Below are positions 23,695 to 36,800 of a stretch of DNA of 64,000 nucleotides, in pieces. A model generated the notes under the pieces. The model did not search any database, was not told the origin of the DNA, and was given only the letters and a program-made list of their open reading frames with translations. The position numbers and the translations under genes were made by a program. This DNA is from Octopus sinensis. Taxonomy: Eukaryota. The stretch spans positions 103,044,001 to 103,108,000 of the forward strand of contig NC_043006.1 in the NCBI RefSeq assembly GCF_006345805.1, in the 5' to 3' direction. Position 1 is the first letter of the stretch; every line of letters starts with the position of its first letter.

Positions 23695-23856
23695 TGATGC
23701 ATTAAAACGTCTACTAATTAGTATCAGGAAGTTTGTGTATTTAAATATGGCGTGCACCGCATATTTGTATGTGTGTTCTTATATCAACAAATAAATACTC
23801 AGAGAAGATATATATATATATATATCCTTATCTTAATAAGATAATTCATTCAACTA

Positions 23857-23904
<48 letters not shown>

Positions 23905-23990
23905 CATATATATATACATACATATATATATACATATATATATTTATTTATATACATACATACACATATATACATACGTGTATGTCTGTT

Positions 23991-24068
<78 letters not shown>

Positions 24069-24120
24069 AAGATACTTAAATACATATCTATCTACATATA
24101 ATACATATATATAATATATA

Positions 24121-24163
24121 CATATGTATATAGATAAATAGATATGTATTTAGGTATGTTTAT

Positions 24164-24210
<47 letters not shown>

Positions 24211-24355
24211 ATACCTAAATACATATCTATCTATCTATATACACACCCATATATATATATATTTATATATATGTATATATATATATCTATCTACATATAT
24301 ATACATATATATATATACATATGTATATAGATAAATAGATATGTATTTAGGTATG

Positions 24356-24394
<39 letters not shown>

Positions 24395-24460
24395 CATACC
24401 TAAATACATATCTATCTATCTATATACACACCCATATATATATATATTTATATATGTATA
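24121..24460. repeat. Two tandem 197-bp units, each a palindrome centred on (TA)n
   Basis: TAGATAAATAGATATGTATTTAGGTATGTT-(TA)n-AACATACCTAAATACATATCTATCTATCTA occurs at ~24130 and ~24327. Confidence 0.85.
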
Positions 24461-24873
24461 TGTACAATCAAGAACAGTGGAGCGCATACCGACACATCAA
24501 CAATTATCGGAGAAGAGAAACAAAAACAACGACCGCAGGAACACCAACTACAAGTACAAACAACATCAACAATAACAATGCTAGTAATAATGATAATACT
24601 AGTTTGACTAATGATAATAATCTGTAACAAACGAAAATAAAATCGATTGTTGATGTTACCCACTAACCTTTACATTATGAAAGCGCCATCTATAATTTTT
24701 GTTTATTATCCCACCAATCAGATGGTCTCTTAAATCTGTCACCGATACTGCTCTGACATTTCAACATATTCAGACGATTTGTGGCATATATTGTTTTTTC
24801 GCTTTGGCTGGTATTTTCTTTCAATGTATGTGTGTGTGCGCGTGTGTGTGTATGTGTGTGTATGTGTGTGTGT

Positions 24874-25287
24874 GTAGGAATCGCTATGTGGTAAATAGCT
24901 TGCTTACCAACCACATGGTTCCGGGTTCAGTCCTACTGCGTGGTACCGTTGGCAAATGTCTTCTATTATAGCCTCGGGCCAACCAAAGCCTTGTGAGTGG
25001 ATTTGGTAGACGGAAAAAGAAAGAAGCCCGTCGTATATATGTATAGATAAGTGTGTGTGCGTGTATGTTTGTGTGTCTGTGCTTGTTCCCCTAGCATTGC
25101 TTGACAACCAATGCTGGTGTGTTTATGTCCCCGTAACTTAGCGGTTCGGCAATAGAGACCGATAGAATAAGTACTGGGCTTACAAAGAATAAGTTCTGGG
25201 TTTGAGTTGCTCGATTAAAGGCGGTGCACCAGCATGGCCGCAGTCAAATGACTAAAACAAGTAAAAGAGTAAAAGAGAGAAAGAGTA
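24874..25287 (+). mobile_element. SINE family 2 (CORE-like), near full length
   Basis: Head TGTGGTAAATAGCTTGC...GGTTCAGTCC, CORE-like block, AAAAGAGT tail. Tail-to-tail with the minus copy at 25330-25750. Confidence 0.83.
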
Positions 25288-26016
25288 GACATACATACAT
25301 ACATAAATACACACACACGTATCTATATTACTCTTTTTTTCCTACTTGTTTCAGTCATTTGACTGTGGCCATGCTGGAGCACCGCCTTTACTCGAGCAAA
25401 TCGACCCCAGGACTTATTCTTCGTAAACCTAGTACTTATTCCATCGGTCTCTTTTGCCGAACCGCTAAGTTACGGGGACGTAAACATACCAGCATCGATT
25501 GTCAAGCGACGTTGGGGGGGAGGGCAAATACAGACATGCAAACATATACACACACACATACATATATATATAGATACATATATATACGGCGGGCTTCTTT
25601 TCAGTTTCCATCTACCAAATCCACTCAGAAGTCCTTGGTTGGTCCGAGGCTATAGTAGAAGACACTTGCGCAAGGTGCCTCGAAGTGGGACTGAAACCGG
25701 AACTATGTGCTTGGTAAGCAAGCTACTTACCACACAGTCACTCCTACGCCTCGTATATATATATATATACGCTTTACTTTCTGTGATAGGTAGGATCAAC
25801 AACAAAAGTCCTCCATCCGGTGAGAGATATCGTTCAATATATTTAAATTGTACATTTTCCTCTGACTACATGTTCTAAGTTCAAATTCAGCTATGGTTGA
25901 CTTTAGCCTTTCATGTTTTAGGGATAGATAAAATAAGTAGCAGTTGAGTAATGGGGTCGATGTAATCGACTTACTACCATTCTTTAAAATTGTTGGCCTT
26001 GTGCCAAAATCTGAAA

Positions 26017-26049
<33 letters not shown>

Positions 26050-26319
26050 ACCTACATGTGTGCCATATATAATTTATGTTAGTTTGCTGGAACGTGTGTG
26101 TGTGCGCGCGCGCATTGTACGTGTGTGTGTGTGTGCATGTGTGTGTGTTTGCATGCGTGCATGCACCGCCACCACTTGAGAGCCGGTGTTGGTGTGTTTA
26201 CGTCTCCGTAACTAAGCTTACGGCACATTGTATCATCTTAAGATGGGAGACAGTCTCTGCATTGCTGGAGCGTCTTTAATAATAAATTTTCATAACCAGA
26301 GCCAGAGTTAGACAGGTGC

Positions 26320-26349
26320 AAGAAAACAACAACAGCAACAATAACAGTA

Positions 26350-26393
<44 letters not shown>

Positions 26394-26630
26394 AACTACA
26401 ACTACTATTACTACCATTACTACTGGTGCTGCTGTTGCCTCTGCTAGTGCTGCTCCTGTTGCTGGCACTGGTAGTGCTGCTGCTGTTGCTGCTAGTGCTG
26501 CTGTTGCTGCTAGTGCTGCTGTTGCTGCTAGTGCTGCTGTTGCTGCTAGTGCTGCTGTTGCTGCTAGTGCTGCCGTTGCTGCTAGTGCTGCTGTTGCTAC
26601 CAGTGCTGCTAGTGCTATTACTACTACTAT
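26320..26630. repeat. Compound (ACA)n/(ACT)n tract followed by an 18-bp minisatellite (GCTGCTGTTGCTGCTAGT x~7)
   Basis: Directly visible. Confidence 0.93.
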
Positions 26631-26921
26631 TACAAAAAAAACCAAAAAACTTTAGCATTACTGCACTGAAACTGATTTTTTTTTACGGCATGGGCAGACA
26701 ATAAAATATATATCGTCGATATCAAAATTTTGAAAGTATCAATTTGTATTTTTTTGTTTTAGAATTATTAACAAATTATGGAAAAATTGAAGTGAATTGA
26801 ATGAAGCATTTAGCTTTTTCCATTCACACACACATACACACATACACACATACACACATACACACAGACACACACGATTAAACTTACACAGAAAAACTCG
26901 CAGATAGGTATATATATAGTC

Positions 26922-27107
26922 GCCATGATAGATCATTAGCCACTACACACATTGTTTTCTCTCCTTGTTTTTTCTGTGTATCTTCTGTAGAAGAGCGTAG
27001 GCTCGAAACGTAAAAGACTTTCTATTCCTGGGCGTTATACTAATACATCTGTTTGTTTTGTACACCACCTGTCTTCGTCTTTTGTTTTTTTTCGTAAACT
27101 CACCCTA
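26922..27107 (+). mobile_element. HHR-bearing unit A2 (HHR motif 26981-27017)
   Basis: CTGTAGA-A-GAGC(GTAG)GCTC-GAAA-CGT-A, identical core to 12466-12493, weaker stem I. Followed by (TA)n and the perfect palindrome. Confidence 0.68.
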
Positions 27108-27138
<31 letters not shown>

Positions 27139-27148
<10 letters not shown>

Positions 27149-27381
27149 CAAATTAGAGACAAAACCACTATTATGCAAATCAAACAAAGAAAGACTTAAG
27201 CCAATACATAAAATAATTTATATAAATTATTTTATGTATTGGCTTAAGTCTTTCTTTGTTTGATTTGCATAATAGTGGTTTTGTCTCTAATTTGATATAA
27301 TATAATATTTTACTATAAAATTGGATTCAATCTTAAATCTGATTTTTCCTTGTAAATTTGGATTTATTCCCTAATATTTAT

Positions 27382-27390
<9 letters not shown>
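27139..27390. repeat. Perfect 166-bp palindrome (27139-27304) plus shared tail
   Basis: Symmetry axis between 27221 and 27222, with no mismatches or loop by manual check. Confidence 0.92.
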
Positions 27391-27415
<25 letters not shown>

Positions 27416-27919
27416 GTGTATCTTAATATGCTTACGTGATCGTGATTCAAGAGATATTAACAAATCTTATAGATTTGTTCACAAATCGTGTGAATAGTTA
27501 TCATCTTCTTGTTTCAGTTATTCGAATGCGGCCATGCTGGGGTACTAGACTGAAAGATTTAGTCGAATAAATCAACCTCAAGACTTATTTTATGAGTTAT
27601 TTTAGACAATCCGCTAAGTTGCCAAACGGTGATGGAAGACAAAACACTAATGCAAAGGCGAACAAATGCATATACGACAGGGTTCTTTCAGTTTCAGCCT
27701 AATAAATCCACTCATAAGACTTCGATCTTCCCGTGGCTATAGGAGAAAAAAATTGTCCAAGGCATTCCACAATGAGACTGAATCCGAAGACATGACATTG
27801 GGAAGCAAGTATCTTACCACATGTATGCATATACATATGTGCACATGTATGTGTACGAGTGTACAGGTTTCTGCGTGCGTGTATGCATATATGCATAAAT
27901 ATATACATACATGCACATG

Positions 27920-28150
<231 letters not shown>

Positions 28151-28959
28151 TTTCTTCCTTTTTTTTCTCCCCTAAAAGAAAAGCTCTACTCTGTAATTTG
28201 TCTCCCCTGTGTTTAGCCCTGTGTGGCTAATAAAGAAACATATCCGTATGTCTGTGTGTCTGTCTTTGTCTGTCTGTGTGTCTGTCTCTCGATATATTTG
28301 CATATATATATGTATACATATATATATGGATATGTGTGTGTATGTGAAGAGAGAGGAAAAGTGAAAGAAAAAAGCAGAGAAAAAACCGTAAATAATACAC
28401 AGAAACATACAGGATGGTACACACATAATAGAAAAATATGCACTTACCTGTGACACGAGAAATAGAGATATATGTATAAAAAATAAGTAAATAAAGATAT
28501 GAATAGATAAATGAATATATATATAAATATATCTGCTACATATTTGTGAAAATTGTAAGACAGATAAAATGAACAAATGCAACTGAAATTTCCTGAATGG
28601 CCATAAGGATGTCCACAACACATCTAACACGGCCAGCAGCAGCAGCAACGGTGCCAACGATGGCAATAACAACTTCCACGATGGAAACACTGAGCGCGAA
28701 CACTCATACACAGAAGAATAAAGAACTTACCATATTTTTTTCGGGTCTTAGGACAGCAGCAGCACAATAGAGTGAGAGGATGGGGGCTACTAAAATTTAT
28801 GACACACACAGACAAGCATACACACACACACATATACATTCACGCACACACACAAACAAGGACACAAACGCATGCGCACAGAAGGATACACATGCTAGAA
28901 GAACAGAATGGAGCAAGTGGAGCAAGAACACACACAGAGATGGAAAGTGTCATTCTTGT

Positions 28960-29638
28960 TCAAGTTGGTCAGTGCTGTCATAATCCTTGCCTTCAGTTCA
29001 TTTCTAATGTTACAAGGAGTTTTGTTAGCCTTATGCTCAACTGCGCCCCACACATAATAATCAAGCGGTTTGTAGTCTGGGAAGTTAGGTGGCCACATGT
29101 TAAGGGTGTTGTGGTCGCAGAAACTGTGTGACAGCCATGACTACTTTCTCCAGCTTGTGTGGTATGGTGCAGAGGCTTGTTGCTAACCATAGTCTTCCAG
29201 CAGCCACCCTCGTCATCCAGGGCAGAACTACCTTCTCCAGGCACTTGATATAGAAATCCGTGTCGAGTCTCAGGCCGTATGGGATGATGAATGGAGCCAT
29301 AACGTCGCCATTACTAATGATCACACCAAACACCATAATGTTCACTGGATGTTTGATTTTTATCAAGCTCAGTACATGTTTTGGGGACAAGGCAAGCCAA
29401 CGGTTATTCGGTGTGTTCGCAATATGTTCGTATTGGAGCTTCCGGCTCGAATGCCAAGCAGTACAGCATGTCGTTTCAAAATTTCTGGCAGAGTGAATTG
29501 CGTCATAGTGCTGTTTTTCCTACAGACGGTACCCAACTGACCCTACTATACTGTGTAGTCAACAAAATCAATGATAAACAATGCGCATGTGCGAAATTAA
29601 AAACATAAAATGGCGACAATTTACCCGTCATACTCTGC
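28960..29638 (-). mobile_element. Internally deleted maT-like (DD37D) Tc1/mariner transposon
   Basis: Minus strand: KHPVNIMVFGVIISNGDVMAPFI...YIKCLEKVVLPW... and MWPPNFPDYKPLDYYVWGAVE. Confidence 0.8.
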
Positions 29639-29875
29639 ATATATATTTAAACCTATACATGTATATGCATGTATGTGTCTATAACTGGAACTACGCTTCA
29701 AATTTATACACCTGCTCATATTATTTGAAACCCGATTAACAATGAACAGACATAAATATGAACACACAAACAATCCGCACACACAACATATGTGTGTGTA
29801 TGTGAGTGTGTGGGGATACGTATATATATATATATGGATATAGATACATACAGATACATGTACATATGAATATTC

Positions 29876-29909
<34 letters not shown>

Positions 29910-29984
29910 ATACATATGGATATATATACACATATACACACACATATATATATACGCATATACACACACACATCTATATAGATA

Positions 29985-30038
<54 letters not shown>

Positions 30039-32448
30039 CACACATATGGTATTTGATTGGATGGATACATAAAAAGTTGGCAAAATGTTTGAAACATTTA
30101 TTCTGACACTTCAAGTAAGGAATATATAGTTTTCCTAAGAGATTCAGTGGAATATTACATAAATAAGAAAAATGTCTTGCTAAAAGACCATTAAGATGGC
30201 TGCCGTTGAAAATTAGCGGCCATTTTATTTAATGTATGGTTATACCTAATACAATTACATTCTATAATTGTGAGGGGGGTTGCTTAAAGCAGGTAATGTT
30301 TACGGAATGTAACCATAATTCATACATACACATACACACTTCTTTCTCTCTTTCCCTGACTCTCTCTACTCTCACTCTCTCTCTGTAAGTGCATGTATGT
30401 ATGTATGTATGTATGTATGTATGTATGTATGTATGTATGTATGTACGTATCTATCTCTCTATCTCTCTATCTTTGTATCTATCTATATACGTATATACAT
30501 ACATATATATATGCATATGTATATAATATACATCTATATCTAAATATATTTCTCTCAATTTCCTTGTTTCTTTCTTTGTTCCTTCCTTCCTTTCTTTCTT
30601 TCTTTCTTTCTGACTTTTCCCTCTCTCTCTCTGTATATATATAAAAATGTGTGTGTGTACGTATGTGTATGTATGAATATACTCTCTAAGAGCGAGAGCA
30701 AGAGGAGAGAAAAATGAAAGATGTGAAATATGAAGTGTATATATGACACTGATTATATGTGATGATGTATGCATGTATGCGTGTGCATTGCATATGTGTG
30801 TGAATATCCATGTCTGCGTTTGTGTGCATGCATGCATTAACGTGTATAGGTTCGTGCTAGCGAGTGCCATAAATTAACTCTCCGCTACAGGGCACAACAC
30901 AAATTTGTTAACAAAACCTATAAAGTAACAACACATTTAAGTAATGTTTTCTCTTCCTCGCTGATTTCTGGTTCCTTGCAATTACTCCTACACTATTACA
31001 CTCTAAATAACCATAAACATAGCAACAGGAAAATCAATGCTGTATTATAGACATATAGTGAAACTCCGTTACGAATACAAATTACGTAACTGTTCTCTAA
31101 TGAAAAACAAACGAAAGAAACAAAGCGGTACGTAATCACCACACAGCAAGCGGCGTAGCTTAATATTCTTTCAAACACTGCCAAGAAAATTATGTCTAAT
31201 TTCAAATCATGAAAAATTTGAAACTGAAACGTTTCTGACATGGTTTTCTTCGAAGTATGAAGAAACCTTTGTGTATTGATAATTGAAAATTTCAACTAAA
31301 CATATTTTCTTTGATATTAATATACACCATTGCCAGCATCAAGGTAATCCATCTTAAGCACACTTCACCTAGTTTAACTAATACCGCAATTTTAACTGAT
31401 CTGTGTCTTCTTACTATAATCAATGATTACTTTCTCCCAATTCATCCTTTCACCAATTTCTCTGAATATTTCTGCATCTGAAATAATAAAGCAGTAACAG
31501 AAAATCTTTACCTTCCTCGTATTCTCGTGTGATGCTATTTGGATCTTCTGTCTAACTTAGATACAGCTACACTTAACTAATAACATGTAAATTATAGTGC
31601 ATAACCCTTAGTGTAGATGAATGGAAAGAGGCCACCAATGGAAAGAAAAGATAGTGTTACAAATTGGAACTGCACAGGAATTGTTTTGGATGTTCAACTC
31701 GATATTTTACAGAGCTTTCATGCGTGGTAAAACGCACAAGAATTGGGAAAATATCAATGCTCGAAACGTATACTGTATTTTATATTATATGTTAATAAAA
31801 ATAAGAATTAGGGAAAGTCCTCATGCAGCAACTCTGTTGAATACCCGGATATTATTTTTCATAGATTTGAAGTGATGCTTAGAATGGAAATGTTCTTGAG
31901 TGTGGATGAAAGTAATGAGACGATAAACATAGCGATGATATAAGCGATTTGGCAGGAGGGGCAAATGCGACATGTGATTTAAAATATCCTTATAAGAAAG
32001 GGCGGTTTAAAAGGTTTAATAGGCGTCATAATTTTCTTACCATGACAATGACCCGTAAAACTGCAAATGTTTATATAGAGACTGCAACTAATTATTCTGT
32101 GGCGATGAGGCAAATATTTGCAGAAGAGGTTACATACCAAGGCATATTCACAGTGTTTATGTTGGTCAACTTTAGTGGAAGCGCGTGCCTACTAGGAATT
32201 ATTTTGAAGAAAATCAACACAAAGCTCTAAAACTATCCAAATTCTTCCCGCGTTTCTGTAGGAAGAAATGCTATATATCTAGATTTTAGCCGAATGGTTA
32301 AGAAAATCGCGTTGCAGCCGGGAGTTCCCGGTTTCAATCCCGATGCATGTGGTCTAGAGCAGATGCTATTTTGTATTTTGTATCTCTATTATATATATAT
32401 AATCATTTCTTCTAAAGGCACAAGGGCCTAATACGGTGAGACACGTAC

Positions 32449-32521
32449 AGCTTGCGGCGAGTTTCGAACTGGCGACTTTCAGAGTGTGAAACAGACGTGA
32501 TAACCACTCAACCACAGAACC
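32449..32521 (-). pseudogene. tRNA-Val(CAC)-like pseudogene, copy 1
   Basis: Reverse complement of 33510-33582, inside an inverted duplication. Confidence 0.55.
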
Positions 32522-33509
32522 AGTTATCATTAAAGTAATACGTATAATGTCCGTGTTCGAGGGTGTGCATGTGCGCGTCCGTATGAGGGCGTGGGAGCTT
32601 GTGTGTATGTGCGTGTATGTTTGTGTGTGTGTGTGCGTGTGTGTGTGTGTGTGTGTATGTGTGTATGTGTGTGTGTGTGTATGTGCGTGTATATATATAT
32701 TTTGTATACACTGTGATGGAAGCTCTATAGAATCTCGTCAGATGATTTGCATCCGTAATTTATAGGGGAAGTCTTGTGATACCCTGGAACGTAACCGTGG
32801 AAGACACGTGTTGAAACAGCTTAGTCGTGAAATTAACGTGCAACTTGCCTAGCAACCCTCAAATACTCCCACGCGTAATGTAGTTCTCAGGGAGAGTCAG
32901 CGTGACACCGAATGTAACATCTCATTTTTGCCAGCTAAGTGAACGGGAGCAACGAGAATTTGAAGTGTCAAGGACACAGAGCACGGCTGGGAATCGAGCT
33001 CACGACCTTACGATCATAAGCCGAATACAGTAACCACTAAACCACGCGCGACACACACACACACTATATATATACATAAATACATACATACATACACACA
33101 TACATACATTACATACATACATATATATACACACACACATACACATGTGTGTGTGTGTGTATTGTACATTAAATTATGGTAGAGAATTGTTCTTTCCGTT
33201 TAATGCTTCCATTTCTTTAGGTATTTTACCAACACTCAGATATTGGCTATAGCCCCAACTAATTTATAAACAGTTGTAGAGCACTCATACGTTCGTTGAG
33301 TAAACCTCTTGATTACACTAGACATGTATTGAGAAGTTCATACGTGTCTAGTTACCATGCGCGCACACACACACACACAGACACACACACACGCGCACAC
33401 ACACACACAAACATACACGCACATACACACAAGCTCCCACGCCCTCATACGGACGTGCACATGCACACCCTCGAACACGGACATTATACGTATTACTTTA
33501 ATGATAACT

Positions 33510-33582
33510 GGTTCTGTGGTTGAGTGGTTATCACGTCTGTTTCACACTCTGAAAGTCGCCAGTTCGAAACTCGCCGCAAGCT
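33510..33582 (+). pseudogene. tRNA-Val(CAC)-like pseudogene, copy 2
   Basis: GGTTCTGTGGTTGAGTGGTTATCACGTCTGTTTCACACTCTGAAAGTCGCCAGTTCGAAACTCGCCGCAAGC keeps the Val-typical AGTGGTTATCACGT D-arm, CAC anticodon and GTTCGAAAC T-loop. Acceptor and anticodon stems are broken. Confidence 0.55.
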
Positions 33583-33667
33583 GTACGTGTCTCACCGTAT
33601 TAGGCCCTTGTGCCTTTAGAAGAAAGGATTATATATATATATATTACTTTACTGTGACACAAGTTCT

Positions 33668-34117
33668 GAATCGTTTCGGTTTGAACGGCAGTTTTTAACA
33701 TAATTTCTAGGTAACTAAAAAATTTTAAACTTCGTATACTGGTAGAATGTGTTTATAAAACATCTTTTTCTCTTGGCTTTATTGGGAAAATTCTATGGTT
33801 TGAAAGATATTTGTTGTTATTTTTCTTCAATTTCTGCAATTTCAACCAATCAATGACGTGTATTGAGTTTATAAACATTCTGTGCCGTATGAATATGTCC
33901 CTCGTTTAAGAAATAGATTGGGTTTATTTACATTTGTGAAAAAAAAAAAGATACCATTTCTCCTACCCCTAAACCTAACCCTAACCCTAACTAACCCTAA
34001 CTATCCCTAACCCTAAAATAGATTGAAATGCAATAGATCGATACTAGGGTCATTATTATGGGTGACAATTTCATATGACATGCTAGAAAGAAACTGCCGT
34101 TCTAACCGAAAAGATCC
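33668..34117. mobile_element. MITE with internal (CCCTAA)n, copy 2
   Basis: Same TIRs as 22513-22974. Flanks CAAGTTCT / CGAGTTCC (6/8). Telomere-like tract 33967-34016. Confidence 0.8.
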
Positions 34118-34670
34118 CGAGTTCCTGTTTCAGACAATGTATACCCCCTTTACATTAATACTTATTGGCTGTTAATCCCTTTTAAATTAAAATAATACAT
34201 TAGGCTGAAATAGGTTTCATAGAAGTGTCTTGTTTCAAAAGAACGAAACTTTTTCGGAGCCAATCCTCTCAGTCTATTTTAAATCGCTTTACCGTTTTAG
34301 ACAGGTAGAAAGATTTCCTAAAATGTACACGAGTCAGTGAGCGCAGATTTAAATCGCTGTGACCTTCTCTATAATTAATCCTTGTTCCTGTTTTTCACAC
34401 AGCTACTGCGCTGCAACGTGCAGATCAATATTCGTATGCACCCGTATGTACACACACACACACACACACACGCACACACTCACTCACACACACCACACAC
34501 ATACATACACACTCATGACTACATTGTTATGTGCGTGTGTGTATGTGTGTTTATCTGTGTGTTGTTTATATGCATGAATGTTTTGCGTGAATAATATCTT
34601 AGGTTTTTTTAAACAGATTAGTGTTTACAACTACAAATAATCGTGATCTATCTACCTACCTACCTGTCTG

Positions 34671-34728
<58 letters not shown>

Positions 34729-34762
34729 GCCATACTTTTTCTTTCTCTCTGTCACTGTCAAT

Positions 34763-34805
<43 letters not shown>

Positions 34806-35019
34806 TGTGTGTGTGTGTGTGTGTGTTTGCATGTGTGTGTAACGTATATACACTATACAAACACACACATATAGATGTGCACCAAAACTATAATTTAAAA
34901 TTGTACATGTGAAAAGCTTTCTCATAACTACACACAAACACACACACACACGCACACACACACACACACGCACACACACACACACACGCACACACACACA
35001 CACACACACACATATAAGT

Positions 35020-36800
35020 TTTGACTAGACCCATCCTATTTCTGAGGGTCGGAGGCCGGGGCACCATGGACGTAAGCACCATCTCCTTCCTTAGAATTTC
35101 TAACTTTGGTCGAGCACTCAACCAGAGGTCTTACGAGCAATTCCTTGATGTCGCTCAGTCAGCGTCTTTCTGGTTCCCCGCATTTCCAATAGACTCAACC
35201 CCCCTAAAATGTAAGCGTCGACGTTCCAGGTCTTGACCACATCCCAAAAATACTGAAGTTTTCTCTTTTTTTTGTTTCCATTTCGTTAATTACTGAGTCG
35301 ATTGTTCGAGGGTGAGTTCGGTTCATTCTCTTTACTCTGCGATACCACGTTGTTTCAAGTGCATTGGAATTGCAAGCCATTTACTCTTATGGTCTGCATT
35401 TCATGTCCATATAGTACAACAGATCAAACTAGTGTCTTCACGACTTTTAATCTGATATTCATGTTAAGAGCTCTGTTTTTCCAGATTGTATTTGGTGATT
35501 TTAACGTTGATCTTTGTGCCCCGTGTTGATAACCCCTTCGCACTGGGAGTTGAGTTGCTCTGGTGTTTCTGCCTTTGTATTGATTTCCAGTAAGAATCCT
35601 CTCGACAGTAGCATCAATGCTGATATTGGAATAAGTACTAAATCCTCTGCATACAGTAGACTATCGATGTTCTCTCCACTGATGTAGATGAATAGACTAT
35701 CACATTATATCTCAGATTACAAGTTGAAGCGCATGACTGAAGGGAGACAACCTTTACGCATTAATTTCTTATATAACCATTTCTTGTGTTCCTTCTCCAC
35801 TCTGCCGGCTACATGTTGGTTCTTGTAAAAATATTAGATAGGACGACAACTTTACCATTCACACCCATTCCTTTCAAGACAGACCAGATCGTTGTATGCT
35901 ATTTGTACTCTATAAAGGCCATGTGTAGAGGGACATTTACTTCTCATGCTTTTACCATGCTGTTTCGCTTGCATTTCCCCTTTTTCCTACTTTCTTTCGA
36001 AGCAAGATACGCAGGAGGATCTTGCTTGTGTTGCAAATTATAGCAGTGATGCGACGATTTGTATATTTGGTGGTTCCTAGTGTTTTTGGTATTAAAATAA
36101 TTCCTGTTCTCACCCAGTCCGTCGGTGATTCACCAGGGTCAAAGATCTTATTATACAGAGTTTCCACAACACATTCTTCATCATCTGATCGCGTTTAATA
36201 GATCTACGGATAGAACGTCAATAAATTTTGTTATTTGAAAGTCTTCGAAAAGTGTCTCCAATTACTTCCAATTCGAATAGTCCTAGGTAGTCGTATATTT
36301 CATCATGATTGATTTCTACTGATCCTCATATAATCTTTCTCCATATTCTTTCTATCTTTAGCGAATGCTTTGTTGATCATCAAGTAGTTTATCGTCTACG
36401 TCTTTGGTGTTTCTTTGCTTTGGTTGCAATCCTCTCCTTTAAGGTTTTGATAATGTTGTGCACCTTTCTTGTATTATGTTTTAATTGCTTTTCAACCTCA
36501 GCACATTTGTCTTCCAACAATTTGATTTTGTCTTTTGCACTTTGCACTGCTCTTTTGATCTCTTGGTATCTTTGCTCGGCATTCTCTTCGGCAGATCGCT
36601 TCCTTTTGATCAGTCAGTCGTAGGTTCTCTTCAGATATCCAAGGTCGATTAGCTCTGCTATGTTCTCTAGAAGAGAACTTTCTTTACTATGAATTTTTTA
36701 GTAATCTTTATTGACCCAAACACGTCTTCTGGTGACCGTTCGTCTTCTATCAGATACATTGTCATAGACTTGTTGTTTACCGTTTCTGCTGACACGTACG
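35020..36800 (-). mobile_element. Fragmented RTE-clade LINE
   Basis: Minus strand GESPTDWVRTGIILIPK...RRITAIICNTSKILLRIL (RT N-terminus), RT core remnants at 35300-35700 and 3' end at 35020-35240. Interrupted around 35700-36040. Confidence 0.68.

Noticed and set aside
26238-26704. Ala/Ser/Leu-rich ORFs resembling antifreeze or mucin repeats
   Set aside because: Stop-free in several frames on both strands because they come from triplet and 18-bp repeats. No convincing splice context.
31949-32230. 93-aa non-repetitive ORF
   Set aside because: Non-ATG start, no recognisable motif and no matching splice sites. The length is within chance.
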